This document shows positions 51,387 through 61,847 of a stretch of 64,000 nucleotides of DNA, in pieces. Below the pieces are notes generated by a model. The model saw only the letters and a program-made list of their open reading frames with translations. It did not search any database and was not told the DNA's origin. Where the stretch lies: the NCBI GenBank assembly GCA_963700635.1, contig CAVOYH010000003.1, positions 1,696,001 through 1,760,000 on the forward strand. Direction: 5' to 3'. This DNA comes from an uncultured Bacteroidota bacterium. Lineage in GTDB: Bacteria > Bacteroidota > Ignavibacteria > UBA10030 > UBA6906. Every line of letters starts with the position of its first letter. Position 1 is the stretch's first letter. The position numbers were made by a program, and so were the translations under genes.

Positions 51387-52149
51387 ATGACCTCCACACC
51401 GATTCTTGAGGAACTGGCCCTTCATGCCGGCAGCGAAGTGGATGCGGGCGCCCTGCGCATCTCCTCAACGGAGCTGGTTCATGTCTATCCCCGGTCCATC
51501 ATGCGTAGGGGGAGGCAACGCTATATCTCGGCCGTCGTGCCGGGAAGAAGTACCTCTACGTCATTGCTGCCCAGAGCCAGCCTGCGCCGACGGAAATGTT
51601 TGAAGGCGACACCGTCAGGTCAGACCGCTTCAACGGCACCACGCTCATCCGGCGTCGTCCTGGACAGCCTTGCTCCGCGGTTTGTCGGGAATTTTGAGAA
51701 GGGGATCGAATACCGGGGCGATCTGGGCGCATTCGCGTCGGAATACCTGCGACATGCGGCAATCGCATCGGCCATGGGGCCGTACAAGATCAGCGTTCAT
51801 TCGGGGAGCGACAAATTCGCGGTCTACAAAGTCCTCGGACGCACCCCGGAGTTTCCGGTGCATATAAAGACGGCAGGAACAAGCTACCTTGAAGCCTTGA
51901 GGACCATCGCCACCGTGGACGGGAAGCTCTTCCGGGAGATTCTTTCCTTTGCGCTCGACCGCTTTGATGAAGAAAAAGCCAGCTATCATGTCTCTGCTCA
52001 GCGCGATGAATGATGCAGGCGGGCCGCGCTTCCGCGGCCGGATCGATGCAACCCTTGGAGAGCACGAAGCGGTTCATTATGCTCACCTCGTCAGGCATTT
52101 CGGGAAACATCTCGACCCGTTTTCGTCCTGGAAGGAGGATACGGTATGA
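51387..52149 (+). pseudogene. uxaE: tagaturonate/fructuronate epimerase UxaE-like, internally deleted and frameshifted
   Basis: SLAPRFVG.FEKG, KISVHSGSDKF, HIKTAGTSYLEAL, YHVSA present; central part missing; C-terminal HF.KHL in another frame. Confidence 0.75.
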
Positions 52150-52979
52150 ACAGTGGAACCCTGCGTGGCCTGTATGACATCAACGGCCTGACCGTTGCAG
52201 TCACGGGTGGAGGGGGTGTACTGGGTGGCGAGATTGCGGTCTCCCTCGGTGCGGCCGGTGCGCGCGTAGCAGTGCTGGATCGTGATCCGGCTCTTGCAGA
52301 AGCGACCGTGCGCAGGGTGACCGGGGCAGGAGGCACGGGACTCGCCGTTCAGTGCGATGTACTGGATACTGCGTCGCTGGAGCAGGCGCGCGGGGCAGTG
52401 CTCGGTGCGTTCGGGCGGATCGATTGTCTCATCAACGGAGCCGGAGGCAACAACCCGAAAGCCACCACGAACCCGACGCAGCCGTTTTTTAGCCTCCCTC
52501 CTGAAGCGCTCCGGTTTGTCTTTGATCTGAACATTCTCGGCACGATACTGCCATCACAGGTGTTCGGGAAAGTGATGGCCGATCAGGGGACGGGAAACAT
52601 CCTGAACATTTCCTCACTGAACGCCATCAGACCACTGACGCGGATCCCAGCGTACTCGGCCGCAAAAGCCGGGGTGAGCAATTTCACGCAGTGGCTTGCC
52701 GTACACATGGCGCAGGAGTATTCGCCCCGCATCAGGGTGAACGCCATTGCACCGGGATTCTTCCTTACGGAGCAGAACCGGTTCCTCCTGACGGAACAGG
52801 CGACGGGTAACCTGACGGAACGGGGGAAGAAGATCATCGATCACACGCCGATGAAGAGGTTTGGCGCGCCGGAGGATCTCGTCGGTACCGTGCTCTGGCT
52901 TCTCTCTCCGGCCTCTGGATTCGTGACCGGGACAGTGATCCCGGTGGACGGCGGATTCGCAGCATACTCCGGAGTGTAG
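52146..52979 (+). CDS. uxuB: SDR-type D-mannonate oxidoreductase (fructuronate reductase)
   Basis: TGGGGVLG, NGAGGN.P.AT, YSAAKAGVSNFTQWLAVH, TPMKRFG; operon context. Confidence 0.85.
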   Translation: MNSGTLRGLYDINGLTVAVTGGGGVLGGEIAVSLGAAGARVAVLDRDPALAEATVRRVTGAGGTGLAVQCDVLDTASLEQARGAVLGAFGRIDCLINGAGGNNPKATTNPTQPFFSLPPEALRFVFDLNILGTILPSQVFGKVMADQGTGNILNISSLNAIRPLTRIPAYSAAKAGVSNFTQWLAVHMAQEYSPRIRVNAIAPGFFLTEQNRFLLTEQATGNLTERGKKIIDHTPMKRFGAPEDLVGTVLWLLSPASGFVTGTVIPVDGGFAAYSGV

Positions 52980-53034
52980 GAACGGGGCTTCCGCGGATTC
53001 AATTGGATTGACACTCACGCGAAGGATGACGATC

Positions 53035-54441
53035 ATGAAGCTGCAGTGGTTCGGGGTAGTGGGACTGGGTGTGATGGGGCAAAACCTTGCGCGGAACATC
53101 GAGCGCAACGGTTTCTCGGTAGCAGGGTTCGATCTCGATCCGGCAAAGACGAAGGCCGCCACCGCCGCATGTGCGGGGGCGGACATTGTGATGACGTCTT
53201 CGATCGCGGAATTTCTCTCCCGTCTGGCGGTCCCGAGGCGGATCCTCATGATGGTGCCTGCAGGAAAGCCTGTCGATGCCGTCATTGCCGGCCTCCAGCC
53301 TCACCTCGCGGCGGGCGACGTCCTGATCGACGGAGGGAACTCCTACTTTGAGGACACACGCCGTCGCCTCAAAGCACTCCAGGGAACGGGGATTCTCTAT
53401 GTCGGCACAGGCGTGAGCGGTGGCGAAGAGGGTGCCCTCCGGGGACCGTCGATCATGCCGGGGGGCGATCCGGCGGCATGGCCTCTGGTGAAGCCGGTGT
53501 TTCAGAGCATCGCTGCAAAGGCCCCCGACGGAACCCCCTGTTGCGAATGGATCGGGAAGGACGGCGCCGGCCATTTCGTGAAGATGGTGCACAACGGCAT
53601 CGAGTACGCCGACATGCAGATGATCTGTGAGGCGTATTTCCTGATGGAACGGGTCCTCGGTCTTGGCACCGACGAGATGCAGAAAATCTTCGAAGAGTGG
53701 AACACGGGCGAGCTGAACAGCTACCTGATCGAAATCACCGGTACGATCATGGGAAAGAGAGACCCGGAGACCGGCAAGGCTCTCATTCATGTGATTCTGG
53801 ATACAGCCGGGCAGAAAGGGACGGGGAAGTGGACAAGCGCCGTTGCGCTCGACCTCGGCATTCCTGCTCAGACTATTGCCGAGGCAGTATTCGCCCGCAT
53901 GATGAGCTCCCTGAAAGCAGAGCGGACCGTTGCAGCTGGAATCCTCGCAGGGCCTGATGCGACGTTCTCCGGCGACAAGACCGCGTTCATCGAGATGATT
54001 CGCCAGGCCCTGTACGCATCCAAGATCTGCTCGTACGCACAAGGGTTCCAGCTCTTACGTGCCGCCGACCACGAGTTTGCCTGGGAACTCCAGTTCGGGT
54101 CCATCGCTTCACTCTGGCGGGCAGGCTGTATCATCCGGGCACGGTTCCTGGACCATATTCAAGAGGCGTACGCCAGGAATCACGCACTGGCGAACCTCCT
54201 GCTTGATCCGTATTTTGCCAATGCGGTGAAGAGCGCGTCCGAGGCCTGGCGGACTGTCGTCGCCACGGCGGTTCGGATCGGAGTGCCCGTCCCTGCGTTC
54301 AGCAGTGCGCTTGCCTACTACGACGGCTACCGCTCCGCCGTGCTCCCGGCAAATCTGCTGCAGGCACAACGCGATTTCTTCGGGGCACATACGTATCGCC
54401 GCGTGGACAAGGAAGGCGTGTTTCATACGAAGTGGGAGTAG
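53035..54441 (+). CDS. gnd: 6-phosphogluconate dehydrogenase, decarboxylating
   Basis: GLGVMG, SGGEEGA, KMVHNGIEY, QAQRDFFGAHTY. Confidence 0.97.
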   Translation: MKLQWFGVVGLGVMGQNLARNIERNGFSVAGFDLDPAKTKAATAACAGADIVMTSSIAEFLSRLAVPRRILMMVPAGKPVDAVIAGLQPHLAAGDVLIDGGNSYFEDTRRRLKALQGTGILYVGTGVSGGEEGALRGPSIMPGGDPAAWPLVKPVFQSIAAKAPDGTPCCEWIGKDGAGHFVKMVHNGIEYADMQMICEAYFLMERVLGLGTDEMQKIFEEWNTGELNSYLIEITGTIMGKRDPETGKALIHVILDTAGQKGTGKWTSAVALDLGIPAQTIAEAVFARMMSSLKAERTVAAGILAGPDATFSGDKTAFIEMIRQALYASKICSYAQGFQLLRAADHEFAWELQFGSIASLWRAGCIIRARFLDHIQEAYARNHALANLLLDPYFANAVKSASEAWRTVVATAVRIGVPVPAFSSALAYYDGYRSAVLPANLLQAQRDFFGAHTYRRVDKEGVFHTKWE

Positions 54442-54449
54442 AGAGGGCG

Positions 54450-55655
54450 ATGGTTGTCGTCATCGATGCGAAAAATCCCTACCTGGCGGATGCTCTTGCC
54501 GCCGTTGCCGAGGTCCGTGTGCTCCCCACCCCGGCCATCACCCGGTCGGCGCTTCGCGACGCGGACGCGGTGATCGTACGGTCGGAAACGCCAATCGGGT
54601 CCTCGCTTCTTGAAGGCACACCTGTCCGGTTCGTGGGAACGGCGACGATTGGCACCGACCATGTTGACACGGAGTATCTCGCCAGTCATGGGATTGCCTT
54701 CGCGAGCGCACCGGGGAGCAACGCAAATTCCGTGGCGGAGTATGTGGCTGCGGGGCTGCTGGTGCTCGGAGAGCGGCTCGGGGTTTCGCTTGCAGGAAGA
54801 ACCCTCGGCGTGATCGGCGTGGGCAACGTGGGAAGCCGGATTGCGCGTGTTGGAAAGGCGCTCGGGATGTCCGTTCTCCTCAACGACCCGCCACGTGCAC
54901 GCTCAACCGGAGACCCGGCGTACCTCCCTCTCGAGGCACTATTCGATGCAGACGTCATCACTCTTCATGTTCCCCTCACACGGGAAGGTCTGGATCCAAC
55001 GTTTCATCTCGTCAATGCTTCCTTTCTTTCCCGTATGAAGCGCGGGTCGATCCTGATCAACACTTCAAGGGGAGGGGTGGCGGACTCTCCGGCCCTTGCC
55101 GGAGCTCTCCGGGATGGCTCGCCTGCTGCAGCAGTGCTGGACGTCTGGGAAAACGAACCGGCAATCGATATCGACCTTCTCTCGCGTACCGCCCTCGCAA
55201 CTCCACACATCGCCGGATATTCGCTGGACGGGAAGGTCAACGCTGCCCGGATGATGTTCGAAGGTCTGGCGACTCACTTCGGGTTTGAGGAGTCCTGGCC
55301 TCCCCCGGCTCATCTGCCCCCGCCGGCGCACGTCGAACTCGACGTCCGGGACCATCCCGCGACCGTGGACACGCTGCGACGAATCATTACTTCCTGTTAT
55401 GCAATCGAACAGGACGACGCCGGTCTTCGCGCTCTCAGCACTCTGCCACCGGATGAACGGGGAGATGGGTTTCGCGCGTTGCGCGCGCACTATCGGGTTC
55501 GCAGGGAATTTCCCGCGACGTCGGTGGTCCTCACGCCGTCGCATGCGCCCCTCCAGATTCCCCTCACGCTTCTGGGATTTTCCCTTCGGGAGGAATCAGG
55601 GGTTGGAACGACCCGATCAGTCACGTCTCACAAGGGCGGAGGGGGGCGAGCATGA
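54450..55655 (+). CDS. pdxB: erythronate-4-phosphate dehydrogenase-like
   Basis: VRSET, TATIGTDH, APGSNANSVAEY, DVWENEP, TPHIAGYS.DGK, RREF. Confidence 0.88.
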   Translation: MVVVIDAKNPYLADALAAVAEVRVLPTPAITRSALRDADAVIVRSETPIGSSLLEGTPVRFVGTATIGTDHVDTEYLASHGIAFASAPGSNANSVAEYVAAGLLVLGERLGVSLAGRTLGVIGVGNVGSRIARVGKALGMSVLLNDPPRARSTGDPAYLPLEALFDADVITLHVPLTREGLDPTFHLVNASFLSRMKRGSILINTSRGGVADSPALAGALRDGSPAAAVLDVWENEPAIDIDLLSRTALATPHIAGYSLDGKVNAARMMFEGLATHFGFEESWPPPAHLPPPAHVELDVRDHPATVDTLRRIITSCYAIEQDDAGLRALSTLPPDERGDGFRALRAHYRVRREFPATSVVLTPSHAPLQIPLTLLGFSLREESGVGTTRSVTSHKGGGGRA

Positions 55656-56914
55656 CAGGCAAGGGCTTCACCGATCGTCCGCTCTCCGGGTTGGAAGTTC
55701 GGGAGATTCTGGCGGAAGCATTTGAACAGGAGAATTTCTCAGGGAAGCGCGTCCTGGGTATCATCCCCGACGGCACGCGCAGCGCTCCTATCGGCCAGAT
55801 GTTCCGTGCGGTTAACGACCTGCTTCTGCCCCGGGTGAAGCAGCTTGATTACCTCATTGCGCTCGGCACCCATCCCCCCATGAGCGAGGAGGCAATTGAC
55901 AGACGGCTCGATTGTGCCCCTGGAGAACGGGCCAGTCGGTATCCGTCTGTGCGCGTTTTCAACCACCACTGGAAAGACCCCGCGCAGCTCAGGACGATTG
56001 GCGTCATACCGGAAGAGGACATCGCCGGGCTCTCGGGGGGCCTTATGAGAGAACGCGTCACGGTCTCGATCAATGCTCTGGTCTTCGCGTACGACGTCGT
56101 GATGATCATCGGTCCGACGTTTCCCCATGAGGTGGTGGGGTTTTCCGGAGGGAACAAATACCTGTTTCCGGGGATCTCCGGTCAGGAGATCATCGATATG
56201 TTCCACTGGCTCGGAGCGTTGATTACCAGCCCCGTGATCATCGGGCGCAAGCATACACCTGTGCGGAAGGTCGTGGATCGTGCCGCGGCGCTCCTTTCCG
56301 TCAAAAGGTACTGCCTGAGTCTCGTTGTAAAGGGGGAGGGACTTGCCGGACTGTACTGCGGGACACCGGAGGAGGCCTGGTCTGCGGCGGCCGATCTCTC
56401 CGACCGGTTGCATATTGTGTACAAGGATACGCCCTTCAGCAGGGCGCTCTCCTGTGCACCGGCCATGTACGACGATCTGTGGGTTGGAGCGAAATGCACC
56501 TATAAGCTGGAGCCCGTAGTCGCCGACGGGGGAGAGGTGGTGATCTATGCCCCGCACATCCATGAGATTTCCGTCACACACGGCGACCTCATCGCCGGGA
56601 TCGGCTATCATGTGCGGGACTACTTCGTGAAGCAGATGGACCTCTTCCGGCACATACCCCGCGGGGTGCTTGCCCACTCAACCCACGTCAAAGGTGTGGG
56701 TACGTTCGACAACGGAGTGGAGTCTTCCCGCATCTCTGTCGTGCTTGCAACCGGCATTCCTGAAAGTGTCTGCCGTGCTCTCAACCTCGGCTACAGGGAT
56801 CCGAAATCCATCCGCCCCGACGAATGGTCTGGCAGAGAGGCCGAGGGAATTTTCCTTGTGCCGCAGGCAGGCGAGATCCTCTACCGGCTGAAGAACGATC
56901 CGTTCAATCTCTAG
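55652..56914 (+). CDS. LarA-family nickel-pincer 2-hydroxyacid epimerase
   Basis: PDGTR, ALGTH, FPHEVVGFSGGNK. Confidence 0.88.
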   Translation: MTGKGFTDRPLSGLEVREILAEAFEQENFSGKRVLGIIPDGTRSAPIGQMFRAVNDLLLPRVKQLDYLIALGTHPPMSEEAIDRRLDCAPGERASRYPSVRVFNHHWKDPAQLRTIGVIPEEDIAGLSGGLMRERVTVSINALVFAYDVVMIIGPTFPHEVVGFSGGNKYLFPGISGQEIIDMFHWLGALITSPVIIGRKHTPVRKVVDRAAALLSVKRYCLSLVVKGEGLAGLYCGTPEEAWSAAADLSDRLHIVYKDTPFSRALSCAPAMYDDLWVGAKCTYKLEPVVADGGEVVIYAPHIHEISVTHGDLIAGIGYHVRDYFVKQMDLFRHIPRGVLAHSTHVKGVGTFDNGVESSRISVVLATGIPESVCRALNLGYRDPKSIRPDEWSGREAEGIFLVPQAGEILYRLKNDPFNL

Positions 56915-57031
56915 CGTCCCTCGAGGACCTCGTCAGCACCCCGTGCAGGCGATCCCGGTGCGGCGCACCCCGGCGCAGCCGGCTGTACGACGCCCGGTGT
57001 ATGCGGAGCTGCCGGCCGGTGGTCTTATTCC

Positions 57032-58174
57032 TCAGTGGACCTCGAGATAATCTTTGTCGGGTAGCTTCGGGAACGGGGCGTGCGGTTCCGTCTGGTACCA
57101 GAAGGCCACGGACGCGATATCATCCTGCAGTGGCAGATATCGCCTCCCGACCGCCAACCGAGCGCCTGGATCGTCACCCGGAGGTCCTTCTCGAAGCGGA
57201 TCGGATCGACGACGTGCCAGCGGTAGAGTCCGAACCGCTGCTGGGAATTGTAGACACCGTCCGGACGGATCACCTGCGGCAGTCCGCTGTACGGCGTGGT
57301 GAATTCCTGGTACTGCTTGGTTTTCTGATTCTCGAAGTTATACGAACCGCAGAAGTAGTCTTCCGTACCGGTGCCGCAGATCGTTGGATAGTCCGTATCG
57401 CCATCCAGATAGAATTTGATTTCTCCTTCGCCCCACCAGCCGAGATTGTTCACGCCCCACGCCATATAGGTGCCCACATACTGTCCCCACCCCTTCACAC
57501 CGTCGAGGATGGTGTAGACTGATTTGTACGGAAGGGGGTTGACCCGCCGGAACTGAGCATGGAAGTACGCCGCATCCTGCGGACACGTCGGTGAGGGTGT
57601 AGTTGATCTGGTAATACAGGACCATCTCATCCTCCGCGATATTCTCCAGCGTGATTCTGGCGGACTTGCGGAAAGGCATCTCCCAGTAGCAATTGAAGGC
57701 ACTTCCGGGATTGACGCACACAGCGAGCGAGGAGATCTGTGCATACTGTCCCCAGCCGCAGGCAAAGAAGTCGCCGACAGGAACTTCCACGGATGGATGT
57801 GATTCGCCATCCCAGTATATCCGGAGGATGGCGTAGCGCCATTGTCCTGTCGGGGTCATCCAGATCTGCTGGATTGCCCCTTCGCCCTTGATCTCCGCCA
57901 CAGTAAACGTCTCTTTCGCTTTGATCTTGACCGACGGAGAGATCTTCCAGCCGCGGCCGAGATCACGGGCCGCGTTGGCGCCCGTTCCCTCGGTTGCCAT
58001 TCCGCCTTTGCCTTTTTCACCGGTGAAGTTTTCCGGGCTGATCGAGCGGGTCTTCGCCTTTGAGAGGCGGGAGAGGTTGCCCATCCCCATTCCGAGGCCG
58101 TTGAACGATTGTTGTGCCATCATCAGATCTCCTGCGAGGAACAGGGTGACGAGAAGAAGTGCTGCATGCTTCAT
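57032..58174 (-). CDS. GH172/DUF2961 glycoside hydrolase, frameshifted twice
   Basis: signal peptide MKHAALL; SISPENFTGEKG, WWGEGEIKF, GTGTEDYF; shifts near 57583 and 57143; ends ..DYLEVH*. Confidence 0.85.
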
Positions 58175-58197
58175 GGTGCGCTCCCTGATGGTTGTCG

Positions 58198-59137
58198 TTA
58201 CTCTTTCAGCCATTCCCCCCCCTTTGTCGATATTCTCGCGGGTGAATACGCGCGACTTCAGGGTGATTTCGCGGGCGACCTTTTTGCCCGAGAGAATTGC
58301 CCGTGCGGTTTCAATCGCTTCTTTCCCCCCGGTGGGATACTCAAATGTGGCTGCCAGGACTCCCTGTTTCACGTACATTTGTCCTTCGTGGGGGAGGGCA
58401 TCGATGCCCACAAAGAGCATTGACCGTTCACGGCCCGCGGCTCGGGCCGCGAGATACGCGCCGTGTGCACCCGGGTCGTTATGCGCATAGACGAGATCGA
58501 TTTCGGAAAAGCGGGCGAGGGCGGATTCCATTTCTTTGCGGGCATCCGGTTCCAGCCATTTCATATCCGCCTCGAAAATCACTTCGACGGCGCTTCCCTT
58601 GATTCCCTCTCTGAACCCGGCATTCCGGTCCTGCCCGGGTGTTGACGTCATGAGACCCTTCAGCTCCACCACCTTTCCCTTGCCACCCAGCCGCCTGGCG
58701 ATCCACGTACCGGCTGCTTTCCCGATACGGCGGTTATCGGCCCCGATAAAACAGGTGAAGTCATTGCCCAGAACCCGACGGTCGAGAACGATCACGGGGA
58801 TTCCTTCCTTGAAAGCATTCCGGACCGGCCTGGTGAGCGGGGCTGCTTCCTTCGGAGAAATGATGATGAGATCGACCCCCGCGCGGATGAACTCCTCGAC
58901 GTGAGCTCCCTGGCGAAGGTTGTCATTCTGAGCGTCTTTGAACACCATCTCCAGTTCGGGGTGCTCGTCCGCTGCTTTCCTGATGTCCGCATTCATCTGC
59001 ACACGCCAGGGTTCTCCGAGATTACACTGGCTCACACCGATTGTCCACTTCCTGGTTTGGGGCGACGCGGGGATGGTCATGACAACTGCAAGAGCCACCG
59101 TGACCAGTGCAGTGAGTACGCTATGCTTTCGTGACAT
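58198..59137 (-). CDS. sugar ABC transporter substrate-binding protein (RbsB-like)
   Basis: EPWR, IISP, GADN..IG, HND, GIDA; native stop at 58198 is reached if the G8 run is G7. Confidence 0.88.
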
Positions 59138-59149
59138 TTGGCGTTCCGT

Positions 59150-60127
59150 TTATGAAGGATCGTTCCGTTGAAAGAGCACGGCACCGAGGATGATAAGACC
59201 GGTGAGGAGAAGCCGGGTCTCTTCGCCGACCGCGTTGATGCTCAGGATTTTTTCCAGGTTGCCGATGATGAGGATGCCCAGCAGCGTAAGCCAGATGGAG
59301 CCGCGTCCTCCCTGCAGCGAGGTGCCTCCGATGACGACCATGGCGATTGCGCTGAGTTCGTATGTCGCTCCCGCCTCGGGGTCCCCCTGCAGCTCCTGCG
59401 CCGCCTGGCAGATGCCTGCAAGGGCGCAGAAGAGACCACTCAGACCGTACGCGAGGACCTTTGTGGTGCCGACGGGGATCCCGGAATACCGTGCCGCTTC
59501 TTCGTTTCCTCCCACGGCGTACAGTTGTCTCCCCCAGGGAGTGAGGACGAGAAGGACGCCGCAGAAGACCATGGACAGGAGCATGATGATGGAGACCACG
59601 GCAATATTGTCGCCGGCGATGCGGGCGCCGATGGCATCGAACATGCCGGGGACGTCGACATACTGGTACGTCCCGTCGGACATCTGGACCGCCGTGGAGA
59701 TTTTCTGCCCGCCGGACACGAGCTTGGCCAGTCCACGGGCGAAGACCATCATGGCCAGCGTGGCGATGAATGGCTGGACCCGGAACCGGGCAATAAGCCC
59801 GCCGGAAAGAGCCCCGCAGGCAGTCCCCAGGAGCAGCGTCAGCCCGATTGCCACGATGTCGGGCAGGCCCTTGTGAATTGACAGCAGTGAGAACACGACC
59901 GCCGAAAGTCCGAGCAGGCTCCCGACGGAGAGATCGATGCCGCCGGCAATGATCACCAGCGTCATGCCGCAGGCGAGGATACCGTACACGGAAACCTGCC
60001 GCAACATGTCGCGGTGCGTGTCCCACTGAAAGAACGCCCCGTCGGCATTGAACACTGCTCCCACCACGAGCACGAGGGCAAGGGAGAGGAGTGCGCGGAA
60101 TACCGGGTGCTTAGTGAGTGATGCCAC
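59150..60127 (-). CDS. sugar ABC transporter permease (RbsC-like)
   Basis: GGIDLSVGS, PFIATL, YAVGGNEEAA..SGI, YEL.AIA.VVIGGTSL.GG.G. Confidence 0.94.
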   Translation of the reverse strand: MASLTKHPVFRALLSLALVLVVGAVFNADGAFFQWDTHRDMLRQVSVYGILACGMTLVIIAGGIDLSVGSLLGLSAVVFSLLSIHKGLPDIVAIGLTLLLGTACGALSGGLIARFRVQPFIATLAMMVFARGLAKLVSGGQKISTAVQMSDGTYQYVDVPGMFDAIGARIAGDNIAVVSIIMLLSMVFCGVLLVLTPWGRQLYAVGGNEEAARYSGIPVGTTKVLAYGLSGLFCALAGICQAAQELQGDPEAGATYELSAIAMVVIGGTSLQGGRGSIWLTLLGILIIGNLEKILSINAVGEETRLLLTGLIILGAVLFQRNDPS

Positions 60128-61711
60128 AGAAGTGGACCTTCACGCCGAGTTCACGGAGGGCCCGGCTTTGGCGAACATCCCTTTCTTCGCTCCTGCCGCA
60201 TCCGGTGCATAGACCACCTGGATGTGATTCGCTTTGTGCCGGGCCATCATCTGATCGCGGGTGACACCCTTGAGCACGGCGTGCATGATCGGCCACTGTG
60301 ACGTGGTCTGTTGCCACCGGTCCGTTGTTTCTTCCTGCGGGAGGGAGACAACCTCGCCCAGACCGCAATCGCACTGCAGCTGGTTGTCCGCCACAAAGAC
60401 GCGGCTCCATACAATGTGGCCGGGCTTGCTGATCCCCTTGAGTGTCGCCCCGCCGAGCCGGAAGTACATCGGTGCCTGGCGCTCTCCGACAGCGCCGGCA
60501 TACCCGTTCACGAAGTGGGCGGGAGGAGCGGCTCCGGAGATTTCGAGGACCCACACGAACGCCTTGTGCCGTTGGCCCTGTACTCAGCGTCCCCACCGCA
60601 CATCGTGGAGCGTGTTTTCAGGGTCGAATCCCAGCTGCCGCCAGAGACGGTAGGTCAGGAGACCGTCGAGTCCGGCGCATTCATCCACTTCATTGAAATG
60701 CGGGAGCGCTTCACCGTCGTAAAGCGAGTGTCCGTTCTTTTCGTGGCGGACCGGAGGACGGTCGACGTTGTTCAGCAGTCCCTCCGCTAGGTCTGATGCG
60801 GGAACGAGGTCCTTGAGTCCCTGCTGGTACTGGATGCCGATGGTATCACAGCCGAACTCATCGGCAATACGCACGGCGGCAATGTACATTTTGCACTGCT
60901 GAAGAACCTGTGCTTCCGTCAGTTCCGTTGTCTCGTCCCGTCCGAACGTAAACTGCATCCCTTTATTCTTCAGCCACCCGTAGACGTCCAGCGCTTCTGC
61001 GTCGGGGACCTGGAGCATTTTTGCGTAGAGTGACGACTGGCTGAGGCGTTCCTTGAATACGCCCGTCCGGTGCAAGAGTTCGTCGGGGATGATGGCGTTG
61101 TACATACCCATACAGCCTTCGTCGAAGACCCCCATGATGGCCTTGCGTTCGCGGAACGCCCGGGCGAACTCTTTGCCGAGCGTTTCAGCTTTCGCAGGAA
61201 CGCGAACCTTGCTGTAGGGGACGACGTGGGAGGTATCGTGGCGGACAGCCCCCTTTTTCATCCACTGCCCGAGCCCCTTCAGGAAAAACCTGTCGGTGAA
61301 ATTCTCGCTCCAGAGCGTGCTGAATTTCACGCCGGCTTTGGTGAGCGATGCATTCAGGTTGAGCATCCCCACCAGGCCCGGCCATGTGCCGCTCCAGTTC
61401 GCGACTGTGAGAATCGGGCCCTTGTGGGTAGAGAGTCCTGCCAGGACGTGGTGGGAGTATTGCCAGACGGCTTCCGCCACGATGATCGGGGCGCGCGGAG
61501 GAATCGATCGGAATACCTCCATGCCATATTTCTGGCTGTCGATGAATCCGTGCCGCTTCTCCGGATCAAACGCATGCGCGCGCTGGACCGTCCCGCCGAG
61601 CGATTCCACCGCGGCGACAATCTGGTGCTCCATCGCTGCCTGTGCCGGCTCGCAGGTCTGGTTTGCCGCGATGCGCAGGTCTCCGCTCGCTACGAGATAG
61701 ATGGGCTTCAT
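60111..61711 (-). CDS. L-fucose/D-arabinose isomerase-like protein, disrupted by indels
   Basis: [39 protein letters not shown]; breaks near 60565-60590 and 60160. Confidence 0.75.
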
Positions 61712-61788
61712 GGGTTGATCCTCATCAGTGCACTGGTCAGGTCCGTGGGGGGTGGTCGAAAATACACAATTCCATCTGGAAACTCAAC

Positions 61789-61817
61789 TTGAACTTTGCC
61801 TTCGCTGTGTCTACATT
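61789..61817 (+). promoter_or_regulatory. sigma70-type promoter
   Basis: TTGAAC-N17-TACATT. Confidence 0.55.
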
Positions 61818-61847
61818 GCACGGACACACTCTCACACGAGCCCCCTC

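Noticed and set aside
56915-57031. GC-rich intergenic stretch with short GCACCCC repeats between convergent operons
   Set aside because: Too short and irregular to support a repeat family or ncRNA call.
57338-59137. Apparent 599-aa fusion of a sugar-binding protein with a GH172 N-terminus
   Set aside because: Removing one G from the G8 run gives ..DKGGEWLKE* at 58198. The downstream part has its own RBS, ATG (58174) and signal peptide, so this is most likely a homopolymer artefact.
60584-60586. In-frame TGA in the isomerase gene, suggesting selenocysteine or read-through
   Set aside because: No SECIS-like hairpin was recognised and it is not a Cys-type site. A +1/-1 indel pair within ~25 nt (giving WGAEYRANG..AFVW) explains it, in a region with many indels.
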